IMG/VR virus record: IMGVR_UViG_3300028103_000009
From: a virus
DNA: 64,000 nt
Strand: one strand, 5' to 3'
A program made the position numbers and the translations under genes. The notes under the pieces are model-generated. The model saw only the letters and a program-made list of their open reading frames with translations. It made no database searches and had not been told where the DNA came from. Shown one piece after another: positions 41,974-49,880 of this stretch (positions are counted from its first letter, which is position 1; each line of letters opens with the position of its first letter).

Positions 41974-42609
41974 TCAACCAACTATTTTGACGTAGTTCAG
42001 TTGTGTTGTATTATCGCCACGGAGTGCCTTGACCTTGGCCTTGACCCGCACACTGCCCTCAAGGGCTTTGCCGAACCAGAAGTCCACGAAGCTCTCACCC
42101 ATACGGGCGTTGACGCGATACTTGTCGAAGTTAGGGTTATACCTTGCGCTGACCACAGTGATCTCCCCGACGATGGTATCACCTACAGCAGCCTTGAGCT
42201 GCTCAGAGGCATAGATCTCTCGCTTGAGTTCCGTACGGGCCTGATCGCGCACAGCCACGCTGGGTAGGCAGCTGATAACAGCGAACTCGTACATGTTTTT
42301 ACCTGTGAACTCTTCCATAGCAGCGATCTTCATAGCCGTGGTTTGGAAATCGTTCATCTTACCTGTGAGCGCCAACAGTGTGTAGGATTTGAAGTGATCC
42401 CGGGCGCTGCGGCCAGCAGCATAATCGGCCTCAGTGATCTGGCTGAAATCGCCCTCGCGGAGCCATTGCTTGACCATAGCTTTGTTGGCTCGTTTATCAA
42501 CTACGTAGCCTTCGTCAGTGTAACGGCCTTTGTCCTCTTTGAGGTACTCACCGTTGATGCGTTGGGCAGCGGCTGCGGCACCCCAAACTTGATCTGCTGT
42601 AAACTGCAT
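41974..42609 (-). CDS. early hypothetical protein
   Basis: Own promoter and AGGAGCGA RBS; possible OB-like C-terminus. Confidence 0.65.
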   Translation of the reverse strand: MQFTADQVWGAAAAAQRINGEYLKEDKGRYTDEGYVVDKRANKAMVKQWLREGDFSQITEADYAAGRSARDHFKSYTLLALTGKMNDFQTTAMKIAAMEEFTGKNMYEFAVISCLPSVAVRDQARTELKREIYASEQLKAAVGDTIVGEITVVSARYNPNFDKYRVNARMGESFVDFWFGKALEGSVRVKAKVKALRGDNTTQLNYVKIVG

Positions 42610-42740
42610 AGCTCGCTCCTATGTCCTAACTATGCCTCTATTATACGGTATTTACTCAGGGCTGTCAACCAAAAAAACTGTTGTATTTTTGCAACAGGCG
42701 GGAGTGCCGGCGAGGTGTGGCTTTTATGCAACACAGGGCC

Positions 42741-42768
42741 AAAAAGAAAGGGCCCCTAAAGGACCCTT
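42741..42768 (-). terminator. Rho-independent terminator
   Basis: Minus strand AAGGGTCC-TTTAG-GGGCCCTT-TCTTTTT. Confidence 0.7.
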
Positions 42769-42820
42769 CCCAAAACCCGCCCCGGGAGCGAATCGGCTTG
42801 GATTTTGAACCGATAAGCTC

Positions 42821-43093
42821 TTAGAGCGTAATGCCTAGAGCCTTAGCCTTGTAGCCAAGAGCAACGATCTCACGGCTTGGCTTGCCCATGACGTATTCGG
42901 TAACAGTCACGCCATTACCAGCTGTACGGCTGTTAGCGTAAACAGCATAACCATGCTGACGAATACGGCTTGCTTCTGCAGCCAGGTTACCCACGCCAAA
43001 ACGCTTCTCAGCTTGGCTTTGGGTTAGAGCAGCACCATTGTAGAGTGCATTGAAAACCTTGTAGGTCTTCGTATCTTTGTTGATGAACTTCAT
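42821..43093 (-). CDS. small putative winged-HTH DNA-binding protein
   Basis: LTQSQAEKRFGVGNLAAEASRIRQHGYAVY pattern. Confidence 0.5.
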   Translation of the reverse strand: MKFINKDTKTYKVFNALYNGAALTQSQAEKRFGVGNLAAEASRIRQHGYAVYANSRTAGNGVTVTEYVMGKPSREIVALGYKAKALGITL

Positions 43094-43358
43094 AGTTTGC
43101 CTTTTCCTTTAAAGTTAATATAGCTGTAGTTCAACAGCGTACCTTTATATTACAACAACCTTACCGCAAAGGTCAATGGCTTATTTTGCCGTTTTAACAC
43201 GCACCTGGGGCACTGCCATCAAAATAGCAGCGGCCAACCACGTCCAAAAGGTGAACGGGATCTCATGCGTAGCACCAAACAGCGTGTTCCACGCCCAAAT
43301 AACGGCCAGTGGACCAATCGCGATAAAGAATATAATCAGAGCTAGAAGCCCTACGAGT

Positions 43359-43598
43359 TTAAACAGAGTGTTCATGATCTTCATCCTTACACATTATTTT
43401 AGCCAGCTCAGCTTCGAGCTCCTTCTTGTTCTGGCGCTTGCGACGCAGAGCTGTACCACCCATGTAGACCCTTGAGTAGTGCTCTGCGCAGTAGCTCTTG
43501 CCTGGCATCACGGCACTCAGGCAAGTGAACAGATCTGTGTCACGGACTGGGTCCTTGTCGGGCCCAATCCATTGACATGTTTTGGGTGTCCATTCCAT
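43359..43598 (-). CDS. small Cys/His protein resembling the GcrA C-terminal domain
   Basis: TCQWIG...FTC...GKSYCAEH..RVY compared with GcrA TCRWPIG...FC...PYCxxH..AY. Confidence 0.45.
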   Translation of the reverse strand: MEWTPKTCQWIGPDKDPVRDTDLFTCLSAVMPGKSYCAEHYSRVYMGGTALRRKRQNKKELEAELAKIMCKDEDHEHSV

Positions 43599-43599
43599 G

Positions 43600-44670
43600 T
43601 TAACCTCGCTTCATGACAGTGACTTCAGCCATGCTCTGCCAGTTAGTAGGAAAGCTCTTGCGCAGGTCTGCGACTTTGAGCACCGTACGCAGGCTCAGCT
43701 CACGCATCTTGCCGCGATTCTCGATGATGTAGTCTACGACTTCATCGCGTTGTACATCCTCGAACTCATAGGTATCCAACATGCCGTCAGTGACGATCTG
43801 CTTGATACGAAGCACCTTTTCACGATCTGTATCCATTTGGAGATCGATGTAGTGACAGCGTGACTCCAAAGCCGCCAAGTGATCCTGCAGTTTCTTAGAA
43901 CGCACATTCTCAAACTTGATGTTAGTGATAAAGATAGCACCTGCCTTGAACTCAAACTTGTCCGGCACTCCCTCAGAGCGCAGGATACGGCTGTCAGTGT
44001 TCCACGAGATAGTACGCTTCTTAGAGCTATCCAGAGCAGCCTTCAAGATGTTAAGGCTAAGATCATCTAACAGCACAGAGTCGCAGTCATCGAACACGAT
44101 AACGTTGCCTTTTTCGCTGTAGTGATAGAGCTTGCTGTACAGACCCACGGCACTCATAGCACCCTTGACGATCTCGTATTTGGGCTTGCGATTGCCCAGG
44201 GTATCAAAGAGATCGTCTCGCGACAGTACTTCTTCGACACCAAAGCTCTTGCCCACACCTGGAGGGCCAGTGACGATCATAGCTCGCACGGTGCCCTCTT
44301 TGACTGCTTTGGTCATGTCCTTGAGTACTTGGAAGCGGCCACGCAGTCGCTCTACGATCTGCTCATCAGTCTCGTGTGCGACTACTTCATCCGAAACCTT
44401 GATCTGCTCTAGGCTCTTGTCACCTGCGGGCGTAGCAGGCACTGCCCCAGAGACTACCACGTAGCTTTGTGCTGATGCACAACGGATGCGGATTGAACGA
44501 TCTGGAATACCAGCATTCTTTGGGTATACTGAGCCACCCGCAACAGTAACATAACCGCCATTGGCGCCTTCTTTGTATTGTTCCACGAGCTCGAAACGGT
44601 TACCCGCCATGGACACTTCAGCGCCACGGATCTTATAGGTACCTTCGCGCATCTCGATGATTGCTGGCAT
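43600..44670 (-). CDS. P-loop AAA ATPase
   Basis: GPPGVGKS, VFDDCD, FITN and ALESRC motifs. Confidence 0.8.
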   Translation of the reverse strand: MPAIIEMREGTYKIRGAEVSMAGNRFELVEQYKEGANGGYVTVAGGSVYPKNAGIPDRSIRIRCASAQSYVVVSGAVPATPAGDKSLEQIKVSDEVVAHETDEQIVERLRGRFQVLKDMTKAVKEGTVRAMIVTGPPGVGKSFGVEEVLSRDDLFDTLGNRKPKYEIVKGAMSAVGLYSKLYHYSEKGNVIVFDDCDSVLLDDLSLNILKAALDSSKKRTISWNTDSRILRSEGVPDKFEFKAGAIFITNIKFENVRSKKLQDHLAALESRCHYIDLQMDTDREKVLRIKQIVTDGMLDTYEFEDVQRDEVVDYIIENRGKMRELSLRTVLKVADLRKSFPTNWQSMAEVTVMKRG

Positions 44671-45183
44671 AAGTCTTCGCTCCTATGTTGTTTAAAATCG
44701 TATTATAACAGGGCCCGAAGGCCCTGTCAACCTATTTGTTAAATACCCTGGAAAGCATCAAGGGCTTTCTGTGCGTCTGCGTCTAGCATAGCACGATCTT
44801 CGGCACTCTGACGCTCGCGCTCTACAGTCTTGCGGTAGTCTTCCAGCTCTGCCTTTTTGGCTTCCATAGCAGGCCACACTACATCGCTGGGGTTAAGGTA
44901 AGGACCCGTGTAGTCCACCTTGTCTTCTTTAAGGGTAATCTCTCCGGAACGGATGCCTTCAAAGACCATGCCCCACGTGGGTTGCTGAGGACGGCCTGTG
45001 GGCCCAAACAGTTCTACTGCTTTAGCCTGCACCTTTTCACGTGCGATCTCGTTGAGACGACGTACGAAATACTCGCGTTGCGTTGCTTCCATTTTGCGCT
45101 CCTGTGTGTGTTAAACAAGTCTGTATTATACAGGGTTTTGGGTACCCTGTCAACCCCAGAAAAAACCCTTAGAGTCCAAAGGG

Positions 45184-45621
45184 TTATGCTGCTTGCCTAT
45201 CCTCGCAGTACTCGTAGAAGCGACCAATGGGCCCATCGAACAACGCAGCATTGGTCTCGCTCATGGTGAGCCCAAACATGTTGCAGCCACGATCGCGGAC
45301 CTGTACGTGTATGATGTTATCGCGCTCGTAGACGTGATACTCATAGTCCTGGCCGCAGTCTGCAGCAGTCACGGGGTAGAGATAGAACTGCCCGGGGCCA
45401 TCTTTGAAGTGTGCGACCAGTTGCGCAGCCAAACAGCCCATACCGTTGAACACCACACGATCTTCACCACGTAGGCCGTTGACTAGTGTACCCTGTGTGA
45501 GGAAACGTGCTAGCTCAGCACCGTGCCCGCTGGGGTAGCCGTCGTACTGGCGATAGAGATTGATGATGGCACCCTCAGTAATGTCGCCATCGTAGACAAA
45601 AGTAAGACAACGTGTACCCAT
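45184..45621 (-). CDS. conserved phage early hypothetical protein
   Basis: MGTR...YRQYDGYPSGHG; own promoter and RBS. Confidence 0.7.
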   Translation of the reverse strand: MGTRCLTFVYDGDITEGAIINLYRQYDGYPSGHGAELARFLTQGTLVNGLRGEDRVVFNGMGCLAAQLVAHFKDGPGQFYLYPVTAADCGQDYEYHVYERDNIIHVQVRDRGCNMFGLTMSETNAALFDGPIGRFYEYCEDRQAA

Positions 45622-46060
45622 AGTTCGCTCCTGTGTGTTAAGTGTGTATTATAGCAGAGGAGCTGCACCTTGTCAACCCCTCTGCTGCTGTTAGCTTATT
45701 CCATGCTAGCAAGCTCGTCTTCTTGCATGCCTTGCTCTGTAAAACGCACTTCGTAGCCTAGTGCTGTGCTAATAGCATCTTCAAACGCTGTGTCTGTGTA
45801 AATGTCCCACGTGCTGTTGTGTGTAACATAAATGCTCTTATAGTCATCTTCTTCTGTTACACTAATCGCAGTCACACGCACTTGTCTGCCTGCTTCACAG
45901 CCCCACAAGCCGTCACCAGCTGTAGTAACTGTAAAGTCGCAGTCGTATTCACGTGTTAACATGCCGTCTTCGTTGTGCTGTGCTGTAAGTGTTAGCATAT
46001 CGCGCTCCTTGTTAAACATGTGTGTATTATACACTCTCTAGCCAAAATGTCAACCGTTTT

Positions 46061-46381
46061 TTAGTCGCCGCGCACATCTGTGTTGAGCGTGGGCTTAATT
46101 TCGCGCCGGATGCGTACCTCTTCTTTATGTGCCGCAGCTTTGCCTCGGATCACAGCATGTACTATGATAGTGATGTCATCCTTGCTCGCGACATCTCGCA
46201 GAGCGCAGCACAGGGCCCAATCTTTGTTCTCTGAATGGGCACGATAGAAGTGCTTGGCAGCGCGAGCACGTACACTCTTATTAATAGTAGTCTCAGTCTT
46301 AGCTGTAACGCCGATGTAGTTGCCCGCAGGTACCTGCAGCTCGTATACGATGTGATTCCGGTCTGTACGTTTGGCCCGCAT
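46061..46381 (-). CDS. GIY-YIG-like small protein
   Basis: IVYEL...YIGVT...R...H, E...PTLN. Confidence 0.55.
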   Translation of the reverse strand: MRAKRTDRNHIVYELQVPAGNYIGVTAKTETTINKSVRARAAKHFYRAHSENKDWALCCALRDVASKDDITIIVHAVIRGKAAAHKEEVRIRREIKPTLNTDVRGD

Positions 46382-46462
46382 TGCTCGCTCCTTCATTATG
46401 CATATAGTATAGCACCCCTAGCCCAATCTGTCAACCAAAATCGCCAACTCGTTTAAAAAAAG

Positions 46463-46483
46463 TTATCCACAGGGTTATCCACA
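46463..46483 (+). promoter_or_regulatory. two tandem DnaA boxes
   Basis: TTATCCACA at 46463-46471 and 46475-46483. Confidence 0.65.
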
Positions 46484-46747
46484 GTCTAGGAGATTCCCCG
46501 GAGCTAGCTCACGTGCTGCGCATACCTCGACCCATGACCCCGGTCAATTCGCAGCACATGCAGCCTCGGGGTCAAGGTCCTCGCAGGGCCCAGGCAACTA
46601 GTACAGCGAGCGCAGCTAGAACTCCCACGATGACCGCACACTGCTGCACGGGCCACAACTCCGCGAACCAACGTTTGACATCGTCTAGGGGGTCCATGGG
46701 ATTAGGAGATCTCTTCATAGTTGCTGCTGTAGCTGCTGTTGTTGTGA

Positions 46748-46824
46748 TGGTGGGCCCACTTGGATTCGAACCAAGGACCAATGGATTATGAGTCCACTGC
46801 TCTAACCGTCTGAGCTATAGGCCC
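46748..46824 (-). tRNA. tRNA with CAT anticodon, most likely tRNA-Ile2 (lysidine type)
   Basis: GGGCCTA/TGGGCCC acceptor stem, TAGCTCAG..GGTTAGAGC D-arm, CTCATAA anticodon loop, GGTTCGAATCC T-arm and encoded CCA; overall similar to ileX-type tRNAs. Confidence 0.9.
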
Positions 46825-46854
46825 CCCGGAAAACTCTGCTGCTGTAGCTGCTGT

Positions 46855-47154
46855 TTATATAAGTCCCGTGTTCCGGGCTTCGCGTAGATCTTCTTCTACT
46901 TCTTCAGTCATGCGATCCCTCATGTCATGCTGCTTGACCATCTTGTAGAGAGGATCTAGCTGCTTAGTAAAGATCTCAGGACTTGCCTGTGCTGCACGAT
47001 CTAGATCATACGTTGAGGGATAATGACGTAGTACACTGCGAGCCTGGGCACGTATAGTCTTGGGCACTCTAGGAGTCTTACGTGGATCCAGCAAATCCTG
47101 CATGAATCGTTCGGCCATCCTGACCGCACGGTATCGTTCATCTGGAAGTGTCAT
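46855..47154 (-). CDS. conserved phage hypothetical protein
   Basis: MTLPDERYRA...LRHYP motif; GAGGAG RBS. Confidence 0.65.
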   Translation of the reverse strand: MTLPDERYRAVRMAERFMQDLLDPRKTPRVPKTIRAQARSVLRHYPSTYDLDRAAQASPEIFTKQLDPLYKMVKQHDMRDRMTEEVEEDLREARNTGLI

Positions 47155-49005
47155 GGGTTCTCCTCTACTTTGGCTAAGCAAACGTTTCTTGCGCATGTGT
47201 ATATTATATGTGATCACACAAGGTCTGTCAAGTCCAAAATATAGTATCCTTAGCAGCGGGGCCTAGCTATCTAGAGTAGTAGCGACGAGGCCTGCGACTA
47301 ATCATGAACAGTGTACGAGCCGTGTGCCCACGACTGCACATCTCAAAGAAGCCACGTGCTAGTGTATAGTTAGAGGTCTGTATGACAGTGAGATTCCAAG
47401 AATCGCGTACAGTATATACAGGACGGCCGTCTTGATATTCAGTGATGAGTCTAACTTTCTGCATACTAGTATTTACAGTGTGTGTATCCTTAGCAGCGGG
47501 GCCTATGACTGCACCATGGGACGGCCATCAAGAGTGGTCAGATCGTGGTAGAATAATGGTGGAATCACGCCGTTTGAGCAAGGTAGAGATCCTGCCTAAA
47601 AGGTAAAAGATTTTTTGGCTTCGGTGGTCAGAGAGGCTATGCTAAATGGTCACACTTTTTCACACAAATCCACACTTTTCTGCACTCTCTTGCACCCTAG
47701 ACCCCCTGTAGCGATGTCTATACGCAGACCTCCGATCAGTAAATCACACTTTTCTGCATTTACTGACCCGTATGCGCATACGCACATGACCCAGTGTTGT
47801 TGTGCGCAAGCACACAACATCTTGCAGCGGGGCCTGCTAGTCTGCAGCTTCTATGAAGTCTATGGTATCTACGGTATCTTCTACTATACAGTAAGTTGCT
47901 TCTACTATAGTTCCGTCCTGTAGTCTACACTGTTCCATTTCCCAGTTGCCTATGTCTACTCGTTCTACACGATCTTTAAAGCCCAAGTGCGAGTTACGAG
48001 CACGTTGGGCTATTCGGGCTCCTGCCCGATTCTTATAGTAGCGCAGTCTACGACCCGTGTCCTTGTGTACTAGATAGTAGACTGACATCATCGTGCTAGT
48101 ATCCAAATCCAGCCTATGAGTAAACCCAAGTTAAAGCTGATCACACTCAATAATAAGAGTGCTAACACGTACCAAACATCATCTTCTACTACAGTACGAA
48201 CTAGTTTATTCATATGCATATTTAAGCCTCTAGCGGCCCGCAAGCCCTGATTCTACGTTAAATAGCAGTATGTACACTCTAGACTATGATCTTGGCCAGC
48301 TGGAACGTCTACACGACTTCATAGACTCAGGCCAGCCCATACGCATCATACACACGCTCATACGCGATGAAGTCAATCCAGATCAACTGGACTTTTTTGG
48401 TGATCGCTACATAGTGCTCATAGAATGCTCTGAGGTCATGTACACATTCCTATTACTCTTATAACGTGATACATCGCAGATCGCTTGTGTGTCTAAGACT
48501 TACTAGTACGGTTGCCTATGATCAAGAAGCCATATGGGCTCGCGTACAACCCTTAGGCGGTCATCTAGAGTTTCGCGGGGACTGCATAGACTTTTTCGTT
48601 CCAGAGAGATATCTAGCTTGGATACACTTACAGTATCCTGAGTTAACTCGTCAACAGCATTTGGATTTCTGCTAGAAACCCTTCGCGACCGCTGCCGCTT
48701 CGCGGCTATAAAAATTGCGCTAGGGCTTCGCCTAGTCAAAGTCTCTGCTCTGCATTTTTGGATTCTTGTGAACTAGGGTTAAATATGTATATGAGAATCA
48801 TATATCAACTCACTGATCCTGACTCTGAGCGACTAGCGTCTGTTAGAGCATTCGTCGCGGATCCCAACAACTCTATGATGCTCATGACTGAGCGTGTGGG
48901 CTCTAAAGATTTCTACAGTTTGGTAGCCATGCACAATGCTGATCATATGCAGGCAGTCATAGACACAGAGTTTCCCGGTTGGGGCACTTGGGTGGAGAGA
49001 GAATA

Positions 49006-49461
49006 ATGGCCATCACTACACGAAGCGATCTAGTCACTGCTGCTGCACAGGGATTCACACGACAAAGCGCAGTAGACGGTACCAGCGTTACTACCCTGCG
49101 ATTGAACCCTGTGAGCTATGGTATAGCCACTGCTGATGTTGCTGCCGCTGCTGCCACTGCCACCGTCACTGTACAGGTCGCTGCGGGCAGCACAGCTACC
49201 ACTGACACAGTCACAGGCATAGTCACTATCGCTGGACCACAAGGTCCACAGGGAGCCCCGGGCGAACAGGGTCCACGTGGCCTACCTGGACAGGATGCTG
49301 TGGGCAATACTATACCCGATGTCACATCAACGACACCACAGGTGCTTTATCACGATGAACGTGGCTACATACAGTGGTATGATGTGGGCGCAGACTTCAA
49401 AACACTAAAGAAACAGCTGACCCGTGACATATTAGTCGCGGGCATCATCTACGGAGCGTAA
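49006..49461 (+). CDS. collagen-repeat-containing protein (fibre-like)
   Basis: GPQGPQGAPGEQGPRGLPGQD. Confidence 0.65.
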   Translation: MAITTRSDLVTAAAQGFTRQSAVDGTSVTTLRLNPVSYGIATADVAAAAATATVTVQVAAGSTATTDTVTGIVTIAGPQGPQGAPGEQGPRGLPGQDAVGNTIPDVTSTTPQVLYHDERGYIQWYDVGADFKTLKKQLTRDILVAGIIYGA

Positions 49462-49469
49462 ATACACAT

Positions 49470-49880
49470 ATGATTGACCAACAACTATATCGCCAGCTAA
49501 GAGATCAGGGCCAGAACATCCAGCTTGATGCGCCCCCAGAACCCGACCATTCTAAGCCCATGGATCGCCGCACGATAGTAGAACAAGTGGGTCCTGTACA
49601 GGTCAATGGACAGTGGCATCTACAGTGGCAGACTAGAACTATCACTGCACAAGAACGAGTAAGTAGGCTCGCAGAAGACACCCTGGCCACACGCAGTCAA
49701 CGTGACAAGTTCCTTAGAGAAAGTGACGTCTATGTACTACCAGATCGCTGGGCACAGATGACCACACAGCAACAGCACTCTTGGACTGCATTCCGTCAGG
49801 CCCTGAGAGATCTACCTTCGCAGCCAGGATGGCCCTATGACATCACATGGCCCACACACCCTCGAGGCACCTACGCATGA
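49470..49880 (+). CDS. tail fibre assembly chaperone-like protein
   Basis: RDKFLRESD...WTAFRQALRDLPSQPGWP. Confidence 0.7.
   Translation: MIDQQLYRQLRDQGQNIQLDAPPEPDHSKPMDRRTIVEQVGPVQVNGQWHLQWQTRTITAQERVSRLAEDTLATRSQRDKFLRESDVYVLPDRWAQMTTQQQHSWTAFRQALRDLPSQPGWPYDITWPTHPRGTYA

Larger units (their letters stand above)
32074..47232 (-). promoter_or_regulatory. array of more than 20 sigma70-type early promoters
   Basis: + strand GTCAA (TTGAC on -), with a TATAAT/TATACT-like box about 17 nt away, at approximately 32107, 33887, 34186, 34421, 35004, 35880, 37044, 37268, 37708, 38029, 38312, 38643, 39421, 40758, 41973, 42664, 43172, 44726, 45149, 45672, 46049, 46430 and 47227. Confidence 0.85.

Noticed and set aside
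46513-46791. ORFs overlapping the tRNA (GPLGFEPRTNGL / MVLGSNPSGP)
   Set aside because: These are translations of tRNA sequence; only the short hydrophobic part from about 46718 leftwards may be coding
46748-46824. tRNA as a prophage attachment site
   Set aside because: Both flanks are phage-like, there is no integrase, and no duplicated tRNA 3' end was seen
33300-47500. Recurring motifs read as a CRISPR array or integron attC cassettes
   Set aside because: Spacing is irregular and gene-sized, the repeats are degenerate promoter/RBS elements, and no cas or integrase gene is visible
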